DNA from: an uncultured Chthonomonadaceae bacterium
GTDB lineage: Bacteria; Armatimonadota; Chthonomonadetes; Chthonomonadales; Chthonomonadaceae
Direction: 5' to 3'
Assembly: GCA_963817895.1 (NCBI GenBank)
Contig: CAWFQB010000014.1
Coordinates: 544,001-608,000 of the forward strand
DNA length: 64,000 nucleotides
Shown: positions 31,767 through 42,972 of the stretch, piece after piece
How the letters are laid out: each line of letters begins with the position of its first letter
Numbering within the stretch: the stretch's first letter is position 1
The notes under the pieces: generated by a model
Told to the model about the DNA's origin: nothing
Seen by the model: only the letters and a program-made list of their open reading frames with translations
Database searches by the model: none
Position numbers and translations under genes: made by a program

Positions 31767-32633
31767 ATGTTTTCGTATTTACGCCAACGGTTTGCGGTTC
31801 GCCGCAGTTTAGCCCTGTCTCTGCTTGCCCTGCTGCCGATGTCATTAAGCTGCGCCCGCCTGCCACCAAGCGTGAGCGGATTTACCGGGCGGCGGCTTCG
31901 CGTCACCATGACCTTCAACGGCACGATGCAGTCCAGCTTCTACTACTATTTTCTCATTAACAAATACGGCCCGACAGGAACGCAGAACGCCAATGGCCCG
32001 GTTCCCGTCTTCGGCCCACTGCCCGGACAGAACGGCTCCTTCGGCAACGGCTACGCGACCGGCTCCTCTTCCAGTTCGGCAGGTTCCATCAGCGGACTGC
32101 CCGATTACGGCATTACGGATTTTGTATTGTTTCACTCGCCGCAGCAAAACAACATCGGTTTGTACCACTACACCGGCGACCCGAATACGCAGCAGACGCC
32201 GCCCAACTACAGCCGGCCCTTCAATGTCATTCTGCCGGGTTTTTCAGACAATTCTCCTGACGCGGCGAAAACTCTGCAATTCGATATTTACATGTCGCAG
32301 CTTGTTACCGATACCACCGACCAAACCGCCAAAAATCAGGAAGCGCAAAACATAGAATGGATCGAGGTCAACATGGTTGCTACCAACGTGACCCCGACCG
32401 ATCCGACCTCCAGCGTTATCAAGGAGGTGGATGCTTTCGGCGATACGCTCGGTTCGGGAACCAGCAGCAGTTCCCAAACCTTCCTGACCATTCATCTGAC
32501 CGAAAACCGCACCTACAGCAGTACGGATAACGTGTCCAATATTCAGGAACCGATCAACGACGTGTACCCTGTCCGCAATGGCGAACCGTCCCTCGATCTG
32601 CAATCGTGGTCTATTCAGGTTATCCCGAATTAA
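31767..32633 (+). CDS. Hypothetical lipoprotein (paralog 1)
   Basis: Lipobox LPMSLS^C; clear similarity to the downstream gene. Confidence 0.8.
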   Translation: MFSYLRQRFAVRRSLALSLLALLPMSLSCARLPPSVSGFTGRRLRVTMTFNGTMQSSFYYYFLINKYGPTGTQNANGPVPVFGPLPGQNGSFGNGYATGSSSSSAGSISGLPDYGITDFVLFHSPQQNNIGLYHYTGDPNTQQTPPNYSRPFNVILPGFSDNSPDAAKTLQFDIYMSQLVTDTTDQTAKNQEAQNIEWIEVNMVATNVTPTDPTSSVIKEVDAFGDTLGSGTSSSSQTFLTIHLTENRTYSSTDNVSNIQEPINDVYPVRNGEPSLDLQSWSIQVIPN

Positions 32634-32652
32634 GTTTACGAGCTATCCTTCA

Positions 32653-32698
32653 AGCCCTCACCCCAATTCCTCTCCCAAAAAGTGTGGGAGAGGGGCTT
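32653..32698. repeat. Family-A palindrome
   Basis: AGCCCTCACCCCAATTCCTCTCCCAAAAAGTGTGGGAGAGGGGCTT. Confidence 0.85.
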
Positions 32699-32763
32699 AT
32701 TTAAGTAGAATCCGAATAGTCACAAATACGATACATCGCGTACCGCAAGAAAATAAAACATCC

Positions 32764-33670
32764 ATGTTCCCATTGATTCTCACTATAATCTCAAGTTTGC
32801 AAAAGCGCAGCTTCCGTACCGCTTTATGTCTGACCGTTCTTGCCCTGCTGCCGCTATCGCTCAGTTGCGCCCGCCTGCCGCCCAACCAACACACGCTTTC
32901 GGGGCGGCGTATTCGCGTCAAAATGACATTCGGGGGCGATATGCAGTCCAGCTTCTTCTACTTCTTTCTCATCAACCGTGTTGGGCCGCAGGGGAATCTC
33001 GGTTACATCGGGCGCGCATGGCCCCGTTCCTGTGCTTGAACCTGCTGTCAACGGGGGCTATGGAAACGGATTTGCGACCGGCTCTGTGGGTTCCGGCGTG
33101 GGTACGATCAGCGGTTACAAAGATTACGGCATCACCGATTTTGTCTTGTATCACGCTCCGCAAACCTATAATGTTCTGTCTGTATGCCATTTCAACCCTA
33201 ACCAACCGCCCGATACACAACCTTATCAAACCCTGCCCCACACCGACACTCCGCTGAATGTCACGCTGCCGCAAACGGACACGGCAGACCCCTACGCGGG
33301 GCGCACCCTCTCTTTCGATCTTGATTTGACGCAACTGATTACGGATACAAACGACGCGGCCACCAAAATACAGGAAGCGAAAAATTTGCGCTACATTCAG
33401 GTGAACATCGTCGCCACCGATCTTGTCCCCACAGATCAAACTTCGGTTGCCCCGAAAAGCGTTGACTCGTTCGGCGATACGCGCAATCCAAGCGAACAGG
33501 GCAGTTTTCTCGAAATTGATCTCAATCAGGTACATACCTACCAGAGTTCCGACAGCGGCGGCCAACTATCTCCCGAACCCGCAGGCGACCTGTTTGTCTC
33601 TCCCAACGGCAGCGCCAACAACTCACTGGATTTAATCAGTTGGTCCATTGAGGTGTTGCCAACCGGTTAA
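32764..33670 (+). CDS. Hypothetical lipoprotein (paralog 2; frameshift near 33000)
   Basis: LPLSLS^CARLPP; shares MQSSF, GPVPV, GNG-x-ATGS, DYGITDFVL, SWSI with paralog 1. Confidence 0.75.
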
Positions 33671-33677
33671 AAGCGCC

Positions 33678-36323
33678 TCACAACGCCCGAACCTCGTACC
33701 AGCCCGTCTGATATTTGGGGTCTATGGCGAAGCGCAGGGTTCCGCTTTGCAGGGTACTCTCCACTTCGCGGACGCGCTTGCCCGTTGCGTCCAGCGCGTA
33801 AACGGTGGCTCTGGTGGCTTCCGTGCCGATGAGAATGGTTGCGGCGACGCCCTCCGCCTGCGTCGGGCCGGTTCCCCACTGGTCGCTGACCGAAGTACGG
33901 GCCGCGTTCCAACCCATGCCTTTGTTTTCCACACCGGCAAGCGCGGTTAATAGCATCGAATGAGATTTTTCGAGGGGCTTGCCGTCTATGGCGTTCAGAG
34001 TCAGAGCGGCGAAATTGCGCCCCGCGCTTTTGGCCTGCACTTCCCAACTGCCGACGCGAACCTCCTGCCCGCCCACAAAACCCGCAATCACGCGGGAAGA
34101 CGGGGAATCGGCGCGGAAAAGGGCTTTGTCCGTCCCCTGATCCGTCCAGCGTATCGCGCTTCCCGGCCTGTCCGCATTGGTAAACTCGCCCGCGTCATGT
34201 TCGCCCGCTTTTGTTTTGTGCGGCAGTGAACTGTTCGCGTCAAAGGCAACCGACCAGCGCGTATCCAGACAATCCCAATTCTCCACGCCCGCGATTTGCC
34301 ACGACGCGGCGATACCCGCCCCGTTCTTCGCCATTGCGCTTGCCACGTCGTTTTGCCCGATGTGCAGGCGCAACTCGCGGTGCGCGAACGGCACGTCGAA
34401 TCGGGCGAACAACATCGCCGCAGCCGGTAAAAACGTGGTAATTGCCGGATCGGTATCCGTGTCGAAAAAGCCATTGATCTGATTTCGGTCCCAGTTGCCG
34501 TTTTCGCTGTGGTAATCGAACAGGTAAAAGCCGTCCCAATCCTGCACGGCAGCGAACGCGGCCAGCATGGGCAGGGTTTCCACGCGGTAATCGTTCGGGG
34601 CGGGATGGTGGTACTCGCTGACAGTGTACGGCTTGCCCGCGATCCGGTAACGCGCCAGTTCGGGGAGTGTGCCAAGCGTTGTCGAGCGCGTCATGGGCGT
34701 ATTAGCAATATTCCAGTTCTTCATGTCCCACGCCTGACCGGGAAAATTTGGATGTTCCCAGTAGGCGTGGTTGTCGGCAAAATCGGACGTTGACTCGCGC
34801 AATGCCCCACCCATGCCGCCGTAACTGTCCTGCGAACCCGTCACATTCGCCTTCGCGCCCAACTCGTTCTTCACGTAATCGCGCATAGTGGTCATATACG
34901 CGCGTTCCGTGTCTATCAGGAATCCAATCCAATCCTGCCCTTCGGGTGTGCTTCGAGGCCGACTGAGCGGAATATTCCCCGCTTCCAGACTGACGCCTTC
35001 AGGAAAAGCATGTATGGCTCCCGCGTTCAGTCTCATTTCCGCAAGGTCAATTGTTCCCAGCGCATCCCCTAAAACGAGGGTCAGGCGATTTTTATTTTTG
35101 ACAGCCCGCGACGCCACAAAATTCAGTTCATAGCGTTTCCATTCGGGCGTGAGATTGATGTATTCGTCCAATCCGACGTGATGGTAATCGTCCTGATTGA
35201 CGCTCGCGTATACCGGCAACACGCGGGGCTTGTCCGAACGCGCCCAGAACGAAACGGTGTACGGTTCGCCCTCGACAAGATCAATTCCGGCCTGATGAAA
35301 CTGCAAATGCCAGTTCTGCGTTCCCAATTTCGTGATTGTCAGCCGCGCCACGCGCCCTTTCACGCCCGAAGGCGGCTCCGCGTCGTTGGGAAGGGTGAGT
35401 TTCGCTTCGGCAGGCGGCGTATTCATCTCCACATTCCAGTGGATTGCGCCCTCCTCGAATATCGGATTTTGCAGGATGTTGGGGCCGAATGGTTTGTCCT
35501 GCGCCCCCCACGCCCGCTTCAAACCCGGCGTATCCGCGTACTTGCGCTTCAGCCAGCCGTTCCACAATCCCATGAGTTCCGTTTTGTAGTGAGGCGGAAG
35601 GGTGTTCAGTTTGTTGTTCCACGCTTCGCCAAGCAGCGTGTTCTCGTTGTTGATCTCGACAACGGCGACTGAAGGCTCTTCCACATAGCGCGTTTTAGTA
35701 AAGGGATTCTGGTGCGTGAGCAGGTCGCGGGCATAATTCTTTTGCAGTTCGATCATGCGCGGCTCGAAAAAGTCTACTGCTTTGTCGAAATTTCCTAATC
35801 CTTCCGTTTCCACAAAGCCGTCCGCCTTGCCAAATTCGCGGGCGACATGCAGGTTGATATTGACATAAACGCCGTTCAGTTTCAGTTGATAAACAAAGTA
35901 GTCCAGCTTCGCCAGAGACTCCTGACTCAGATGCTGCTTGTCGGGAAACGAGCGGTCAAAGATATTCGGCTGCGCCCAATCCGCGTCCGCATGGTGCAGC
36001 CGAACAATATTGACGCCCAATTTGTGCAGCCGCGCCGCCACTTTTTCTGCCGTTGTTTTGTCGGGAAAGCAGCCGCCTGCCGCGATGTTGACGCCAATAA
36101 ACCGGACGCGCCGCCCTTTCTCATCATAAAAATGCCCGTTCCGCGCCGTGACAAAGCCGTTCCCGCCCGCAGGCGTCGGGTTCAGGTTTGCCACGCTCGT
36201 AATCGTCGCCGTCGCGTCATCCCACGGCAGCGCCCACGCGAACCTACCTACATCTTCGGCTTTCACGGATGCCGTGAAAGCCAAAAGCGCGGCACAACCA
36301 AGTATATTTTGCCAAATCTTCAT
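33678..36323 (-). CDS. Clan GH-A-like glycoside hydrolase with inserted CBM4/9 domain
   Basis: Signal peptide, LGVNIVRLHH, EINNE (acid/base), CBM segment YTVSFWARSD...LTPEWKRY, PYTVSEY (nucleophile). Confidence 0.8.
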   Translation of the reverse strand: MKIWQNILGCAALLAFTASVKAEDVGRFAWALPWDDATATITSVANLNPTPAGGNGFVTARNGHFYDEKGRRVRFIGVNIAAGGCFPDKTTAEKVAARLHKLGVNIVRLHHADADWAQPNIFDRSFPDKQHLSQESLAKLDYFVYQLKLNGVYVNINLHVAREFGKADGFVETEGLGNFDKAVDFFEPRMIELQKNYARDLLTHQNPFTKTRYVEEPSVAVVEINNENTLLGEAWNNKLNTLPPHYKTELMGLWNGWLKRKYADTPGLKRAWGAQDKPFGPNILQNPIFEEGAIHWNVEMNTPPAEAKLTLPNDAEPPSGVKGRVARLTITKLGTQNWHLQFHQAGIDLVEGEPYTVSFWARSDKPRVLPVYASVNQDDYHHVGLDEYINLTPEWKRYELNFVASRAVKNKNRLTLVLGDALGTIDLAEMRLNAGAIHAFPEGVSLEAGNIPLSRPRSTPEGQDWIGFLIDTERAYMTTMRDYVKNELGAKANVTGSQDSYGGMGGALRESTSDFADNHAYWEHPNFPGQAWDMKNWNIANTPMTRSTTLGTLPELARYRIAGKPYTVSEYHHPAPNDYRVETLPMLAAFAAVQDWDGFYLFDYHSENGNWDRNQINGFFDTDTDPAITTFLPAAAMLFARFDVPFAHRELRLHIGQNDVASAMAKNGAGIAASWQIAGVENWDCLDTRWSVAFDANSSLPHKTKAGEHDAGEFTNADRPGSAIRWTDQGTDKALFRADSPSSRVIAGFVGGQEVRVGSWEVQAKSAGRNFAALTLNAIDGKPLEKSHSMLLTALAGVENKGMGWNAARTSVSDQWGTGPTQAEGVAATILIGTEATRATVYALDATGKRVREVESTLQSGTLRFAIDPKYQTGWYEVRAL

Positions 36324-36337
36324 AATGATCGTTCTAA

Positions 36338-37112
36338 TTACTTCGCGGTCCAGCCGCCATCTAACGTAAGTGTCGTACCCGTCATAAAGTCGGAAGCGGG
36401 CGAACAGAGGAAGACCACAGCGGGGCCAAGCTCTTCGGGCCGTCCCCACCGTCCGAGCGGAATGTTGGCGAGGAACGCCTTATACGCTTCCGGGTCGTTC
36501 ATCAGGACGCGGTTCATGGGCGTCTCGAACGGGCCGGGACACAGGCAGTTGACGGTTACGCCTTTGGGCGCGCCCTCCTGCGCCAGTGTCCGTGTCAGGC
36601 CAAGCAACGCGCTTTTCGCAGTCGCATACGCGGCTCGTCCCGGCAGGGATACGAACGACATAATGGAACCGAGCATCACAATGCGCCCCCAACCGCGTTC
36701 CATCATGCCGGGCATGAACGCCTGCGAACACAAAAACGATCCCTTCACGCTAATGTCTATAACCGCGTCCCAATCGTCTTCGGTCAGGTCGGACGTACCC
36801 TTGCGGATGTTGATGCCCGCGTTGTTGATAAGAATGTCCACCTTGCCGCCGTTCTGAGTTAATTCCGCCAGCAGACCGTCCACGGATTGCTTGTCAATGA
36901 CGTCGGCTTTGTAGGCTCCGAATTTGCGTTCCGGCAGGGCGCGGGACAATTCCGCGATAGCCTCTTGACCCTCTTCCAGATTGCGGCTGCAAATGTTGAC
37001 ATCCGCTCCCGCTTCGGCAAGGGCGCCGCGCCATCGCCAGTCCCAAACCTTTGCTGCCGCCCGTAATCAGCGCAGTCTTTCCTTCCAATCGAAACGCATC
37101 CATTACGCTCAT
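36338..37112 (-). CDS. SDR family oxidoreductase (frameshift near 37025)
   Basis: TGGSKGLG, NNAG, YATAK, PG-x-F-x-T, IPLGRWG. Confidence 0.9.
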
Positions 37113-37170
37113 ATCAACCCTTCCTCTTTGACTTTGATACACCAATCAAGTCAAACTTCTAATCGCTCTA

Positions 37171-37222
37171 GCTCCCCTTCTCCCAGGCTTTTTTGGGAGA
37201 AGGGGTTGGGGGTTGAGGGCTA
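37171..37222. repeat. Family-A palindrome
   Basis: GCTCCCCTTCTCCCAGGCTTTTTTGGGAGAAGGGGTTGGGGGTTGAGGGCTA; includes the DsbD-like stop codon. Confidence 0.85.
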
Positions 37223-39660
37223 CTCTGCTCCCCGCCCCTTCTTTAAGAAATCAACGAACACGCTTATGGCGGCGCGTCCGTCCACGTGGGCCACCAACGT
37301 TTTGCCATCCGGCGATACTGCCGCATATTCGGGCAAAGCCGTCGTTTCCATCAGCTTCTGTTCCAATTGCTGGTTGGCGATGTTTTCCGCATCGCCTCGA
37401 TCCGTGTACAATTTCACGTACACATAGTTGGTCAATTCAGCGAGAACGTCGGGCGCAATCAGGTCAGATTGTTCCATCTGGCGGCAGTTCACGCAGCTAT
37501 ATCCCGTAAAGTCAATGAAAATCGGCCTGTTCTGCTGTGTCGCCAGTTTTACTGCTTCGTCAAGGTTCGTCAGTGGATTTCCCGCCGTTCCAGAATGGCC
37601 GCCTGCGAGGCGGACGGTCCCGACGCGCTGTTTTTCGCAAGCCCTGATTTAAGAAATTCCACATACTCCGGCACGTTTCGAGTCAGCCCATCTGAACGCG
37701 CCAACAGCGTTTTGCCGTCCGAGGATACCGCCGCATATTCGGGCAGAGCCGTCGTCTGCATCAGTTTCTGTTCCAAATCCTGATTGGCTTTGTATTCCGC
37801 GTCTGGCCTGTCCGTGTACAATTCCACGTACACATAGTTCTCCAATTGAGCCAAAACTTCGGGCGCGATCAGGGTGCTTTTCTCCATCAGGCGGCAGTTC
37901 ACGCAATTGAAACCCGTAAAGTCAATGAAGATAGGCTTGTTCTGTTGCGTCGCAAGTTTGATAGCCTCCTCGAAGTTCTTCAGTGGTTTCTTCGGCGTAC
38001 CAATGTCCGTGACTATCGCCGCTCCCCCTCCGGGCGCATTCCCCGGTTGATGTACCGGCTGTTTCACTTCCGGCTTGTTTTTGTAGGGATAGGGAGCCGG
38101 CGGCACAAATGCATCCAGATCGCCTAGCGAACGTCCCTCAATCGCGCTCAAGACATAAAACGCAGCCGACAAGCGTCAGCAGTCCTATCACGCGCCGCGC
38201 AATGCCGACTTTTACTTTGTCGTCATGCGGCAGGCGCAGCCAGCCAAGCAGGTAACAGCCTGATATAGCAGCAATACCCGCCCATATCGCCAGAAACACG
38301 GGCTTGGTCAGCAGGCCCGTTCCCCATGTCAAATCCGCGCTGGAAAAGAACTTCAGCGCGGCGGCCAGTTCCAGAAAGCCCATGAACGCCTTGACCGTCA
38401 CCAGCCACGCGCCGGATTTGGGCAAGATTCGACATGGCCTGCGGGAACAGGGCGAGCAGGAAGAACGGGAAGCGCAAACGCCGTGCTGAACGCCAGCATC
38501 CCGACAAAAGGATAGAAATAATGCCCATGCGCCGCATCCAGCAGCACGGTTCCCACGAACGGACTGGTGCAGGTGAATGAGGTCAGGCTGAACGTCAGGC
38601 CCATCAGCAGGGGCGCAATCAATCCGCCTTTTTTCTGGCCGCTTTGCGTACTGTTGAGCAGCCACGAGGGCAGTAAAATCTCAAACGCGCCCATCAGGTT
38701 CGCCGCCAACACCACAAACAAAACGCCAAGCCCTATGTTGACCCAGGGATTGGCGGCAAAATTTTGAATTCCGGTTGCGCCGAACAGCAGCGGTCATCAG
38801 CAATCCTAATCCGGTAAACGTGCCGATGATTCCCAAACAATAAACTAATGCGCCCTGTACGTCCCGATACGCCCCCATTGTCCTTACGCTTGGTGAAAAA
38901 ACTGACCGTAATCGGAATCATGGGAAATACGCATGGCGTCAGCAGGGAGATAAACCCGGCGGCAATCGCCACCAATAAAAACGGGAGCAAACCCTGTGTT
39001 TGAGGGCGCTCCCGGTTGCCGGTTGCTGCGCTTGCAGTCCGGGCAGGGGGCGCGTCGGGCGGCCCTCCTGCCAGAATAAACTTTCCCACATCGGCGTTGA
39101 CCACGCGGGGCGCTTTCGGAATGGAAGCGAGTCGGCAGTTTCGTAACAGGTTTTTTGCGATTGGCGCGCGGCGTTCCCGCCGCCACGCTGAACGTGACTG
39201 GAACCTCCATTGTCGCGGGCGGCAGGCATTGCTTCTCGTTGCAAATCTGGTACTGCACTTTCAGCGTCGCCGTCTGGCTGCCTTTGGTTCCCGGCTTCAC
39301 GGTTACGGGAACCGCGAACGTGGCCGAATTGCTGTACTCTTCCAGCGTCACTTTGAGCGTGGGTTCGGGAACCTTCTTAAACGCGCCGCCTACCGGCTTA
39401 CCCTCCGTCGCCAGCGCGGCGAAGTCAGGTCTATTTTCAGCGCGACGCCGCCGTTCGGGTCCTGCGTGAGCGAGTACATGTGATACCCGGCGGGGATTTT
39501 CGCATTCAAGACGATTTGCGCGCCTTCTCCGGCGCGGGCATCGGCGGGAGCAAATCGGGCGGTAAACGCCACTTTTTGCGCCTGCGCCATCAGAGGCAGC
39601 ATCAAAACGCTCATCATCAGGCCGGACAAAACAATCCGAAGGGTTCGCAGGTATGTTCAC
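37220..39660 (-). CDS. DsbD-like thiol:disulfide interchange protein with two thioredoxin domains (many frameshifts)
   Basis: N-domain QICNEKQCLPP, TM LTPCVFPMIP and SFTCTSPFVG, two IDFTG-x-x-CVNC domains. Confidence 0.8.
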
Positions 39661-39903
39661 GTCGAATACCTCACCGCGCAGCCGTAAGCCGCGCTTTCAA
39701 AGCGTTTCCATCAGCATATTCTGCCTCGGCAATTTCCTAAATTAGGCGAAAAGTCATCATTGGAAAATTAATTTCCTGACACCATTTAGAGCGGTCAATC
39801 CGCATAATTCAACCGCGTATTTGAACGCAGGAAACGTCCGGCAAGTTTTGTTCGAACAGTAGAGCAGATTTCACGCATTGTAGAACAGGAGAGAACATAC
39901 CGA

Positions 39904-40647
39904 ATGAACGCCGTGCCGGAACGGCGGAACGAAAATGGACAGGCCAAACAACTGGAACACGCGATGGCGGAACTGCGCGTTGTGCTGGAAACCACCAACC
40001 GCGCCCGCGAGGACGCGCTGCGCCTGTCCCGCGAAGTGATCCAATACTCGTCGCGGGCTATCCGCGCTATCCATCGGGGCGAGACGCAGACGGCGCGTTC
40101 CCTTGTGGAGGAGGCGCGAACCCGCGTTTTTGCCGTCCGCGCCTCGCTGCAAAGCCATCCCGAATTGTTTTACGCGGGCTACGTCCACGATTCGCAGAAA
40201 GAGTACGTGGAGGCCGAAGCCATGCTCGCGATTGTGGGCGGACTGCCCCTTCCCCTGCCTGCCGCCTTACAGGTAGAACCTGCCGCCTATCTGAACGGAA
40301 TGGCGGAAGCGGCCAGTGAAAGCCGCCGGCATGTTCTGGATCGGTTGCGATTGGGCGATATGGAACAGGCCGAGCGGGTCCTGAAAATAATGGACGACAT
40401 CTATTACGAACTCGTGACATTCGATTTTCCCGACGCGATTACAGGCGGGCTGCGGCGCACAACAGATGCGGTTCGCGGGGTGTTGGAACGAACCCGCGCC
40501 GACCTGACCATGACGCAATCGCAGCGGCGTTTGGAAACAGCCTTAAATCGCGCTTTGCAGCAGGCTCCCTCCGCTCTTCAATCCGAATTTTCGAGTGTGG
40601 CCCTGAATACGCTGCCGCCTTCAGATGTTCCCACAATGGAGGACTGA
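39904..40647 (+). CDS. Translin/TRAX family protein
   Basis: RE-x-x-L-x-x-SRE...AI-x-x-IH, KEYVEA, YLNG-x-x-E-x-x-SE-x-RR, D-x-ITGGLRR-x-x-D. Confidence 0.8.
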   Translation: MNAVPERRNENGQAKQLEHAMAELRVVLETTNRAREDALRLSREVIQYSSRAIRAIHRGETQTARSLVEEARTRVFAVRASLQSHPELFYAGYVHDSQKEYVEAEAMLAIVGGLPLPLPAALQVEPAAYLNGMAEAASESRRHVLDRLRLGDMEQAERVLKIMDDIYYELVTFDFPDAITGGLRRTTDAVRGVLERTRADLTMTQSQRRLETALNRALQQAPSALQSEFSSVALNTLPPSDVPTMED

Positions 40648-40933
40648 CATGCTTTGTACAACCATTTACGTACCTGTTTCTGCCCCATCGGAAAGATTAA
40701 CTCCTATATTTGTTGCTAAATTGCGGGAACATCGGGAACATAATCGCGCCTCGCGCCGTCAACTCAAATGTGATCTCCTTTCTGTATCAATGATGGCAAA
40801 ACCGCTGTCGCCACCAGCTTACTGGTGAATTGCGCTGACAGCGGTTTTTTTTGCCTGTATTCGCGTCCACCCGTTGGAACAACTGACCGCAAACAATGCG
40901 TAAGGTAGGGAAAGGCTTATCATTCCTACTTCT

Positions 40934-41794
40934 ATGAAGGTGTGTTTTGTGGAGAACATTTCCGTGTCCGGCAAGCAAAACCAATTCGCTCCAACCGCGC
41001 TTGTGAAGCCCCCTGAGCGCGTTCAGGATGTTCTTCGTAACAAAAACGATTCCCCTCTGCCAAATTCCATTCCAGAGTCGCAGTCCCCTGCTCTAGTGAC
41101 AACTGGCGTTTTGAGCGTCCTGATGCCCATTTACAACGAATGCGCCACTCTGCCCGGACTGCTGGAACGTATTCAAGCGGTTCCCGTCGCCAAAGAGATT
41201 ATTCTGGTAGACGACGCTTCTACGGATGGGACCCGCGAACTGCTGCAAACACGAATTGACGGCATCCTGCCGGGTGTGCGCGTGTTCTACCACGACCGCA
41301 ATCAGGGCAAGGGCGCGGCCATTCGGACGGCCATTCCCCACGCGACAGGTGAATTCTGCATCATTCAGGACGGCGATTGGGAGTACGATCCGCAGGATTA
41401 TGCGGCTATCTTGCAGGCGTTTCAGGAACCGGGCGTAGACGCGGTCTACGGTTCGCGCTTTCTGCATGGCTGGCCCGCCATGCGCCTGCCCAACCGCATG
41501 GTGAACATACTGCTGGCGTGGATGGTGCGCTTCTTTTTCCATACTCCCATGACCGATGAAGCCACCTGTTACAAGGCTTTTCGCGCGTCCGTATTGAAGT
41601 CGCTTCCCCTTACCTGCCGCCGTTTCGAGTTCTGCCCGGAAGTGACCGCTAAAGCCATACGCCGGGGCCATCGCATTGTGGAAGTTCCTATTCATTACGA
41701 AGCCCGCAGCATGGACGAGGGCAAAAAAATTCGCTGGACGGACGGCCCTGCCGCCATCTGGACGCTGCTCAAATTCCGCTTCGTCCGCTTTTAA
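40934..41794 (+). CDS. GT2 glycosyltransferase, DPM1-like (start uncertain)
   Basis: P-x-YNE, VDDASTDGT, NQGKGAA, IQDGD-x-EYDP, GSRF, EGKKI. Confidence 0.9.
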   Translation: MKVCFVENISVSGKQNQFAPTALVKPPERVQDVLRNKNDSPLPNSIPESQSPALVTTGVLSVLMPIYNECATLPGLLERIQAVPVAKEIILVDDASTDGTRELLQTRIDGILPGVRVFYHDRNQGKGAAIRTAIPHATGEFCIIQDGDWEYDPQDYAAILQAFQEPGVDAVYGSRFLHGWPAMRLPNRMVNILLAWMVRFFFHTPMTDEATCYKAFRASVLKSLPLTCRRFEFCPEVTAKAIRRGHRIVEVPIHYEARSMDEGKKIRWTDGPAAIWTLLKFRFVRF

Positions 41795-41968
41795 GCGCAA
41801 CAGTCCTCTTACGCTGTTTCGCGCCTGCCCTGATTTCCCCGAATAATTCCGGTTTTTGCCTGCGCGCGTCTCCTAACACCTTCATATCTTCCCGATTTCC
41901 GACAACAATGACAATGCGCTTTCGCGCTACACCATCAAGTTTGTCGCCATCGCATGGGAGATATGGAC

Positions 41969-42634
41969 ATGAACCCATCTATTCGATACCGCTTATCACT
42001 GCTGCTGATATTGTTTGCCATGACTTGCCTGATGCTGCATGGCCGAACCGACCCGGCAGCCAATATAAAAATCGCGCCGAAACCTGTCAGGAAAATCGCT
42101 GTCAAACCCGCCGCGAAGCCTGCCGCCGCGCCCACCCCAAAAGAAAATCCCCCGCCCGCAAAAACGCAGGAGGGGGAAGAAACAACGCCCGCCAAATACG
42201 ACCCGCATGACCCCGATGAAGCGCAGTACGAGGTTGACGAGAAAGACCCGACGGGCGACCACTATACATCGGTCATTATAGACGTTTCCGACTTTCATGT
42301 GACGCGCAGCATGTCACCCAAAATCTGCCGCGAGGATGGAACCAAAGTCTGGCCGACCCTTGCCTACATTGACCCGGAGTTCGTGTTGAGCTACGGCATT
42401 GTGGTTTATGCCCGCTCGATGGAGGACGCCAGAGCGCACAAGCGCGTGGGCAAAAACCCGCTCATCATTCGCGCGCTCCGGCACGGCGAAAGCGCCGATG
42501 ATCCCGTTCTCAGCGCAGCGGACGTGGATACCATTCTTGCCGCCAACAAGCGCAACAAATGCCTCGACAAGTTCAAGGTGATTTTCCTTCTGGACAAACC
42601 GGCCTCCGCCCCGATGGAGGTTGCCGTTCATTAG
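41969..42634 (+). CDS. Hypothetical exported protein
   Basis: Signal/TM, Pro/Lys linker, then YTSVIID...MSPKI...RVGKNPLII domain like the C-terminus of LPP20-associated proteins. Confidence 0.7.
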   Translation: MNPSIRYRLSLLLILFAMTCLMLHGRTDPAANIKIAPKPVRKIAVKPAAKPAAAPTPKENPPPAKTQEGEETTPAKYDPHDPDEAQYEVDEKDPTGDHYTSVIIDVSDFHVTRSMSPKICREDGTKVWPTLAYIDPEFVLSYGIVVYARSMEDARAHKRVGKNPLIIRALRHGESADDPVLSAADVDTILAANKRNKCLDKFKVIFLLDKPASAPMEVAVH

Positions 42635-42660
42635 AAGGGTTGAGGGCTATCAAATTGCTT

Positions 42661-42972
42661 TTAATGCCCCATGCTGGAAGGGGTTCCGCCGCCGCTGGAG
42701 GGATAGGAACCGGCTTCGGTGGGAACCGCGCCGGCGCGATGCGCTCCGTTCGGCCCGCCCATGCCGCCGGGACGATTCGCGCCGCCCGTAGTGGGAACGG
42801 CATCCCCGGCGGTGCGGTTGCCGGGATGGGAGGCCATGATTTTCGCCATCTCCTGCGCCGATGATGTCGAGGACTTCTGCGGAACCAGAACCTTGTAACC
42901 GATAAAGGCGGCCACTGCCACCACAGCCGCGATGATGCCGATGAAAATGCCCGGAGAAACTTTCTCTTTCAT
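42661..42972 (-). CDS. Small membrane-anchored hypothetical protein
   Basis: MKEKVSPGIFIGIIAAVVAVAAFIGYK TM plus Gly/Pro tail; start overlaps the CRTAC1-like stop. Confidence 0.7.
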   Translation of the reverse strand: MKEKVSPGIFIGIIAAVVAVAAFIGYKVLVPQKSSTSSAQEMAKIMASHPGNRTAGDAVPTTGGANRPGGMGGPNGAHRAGAVPTEAGSYPSSGGGTPSSMGH

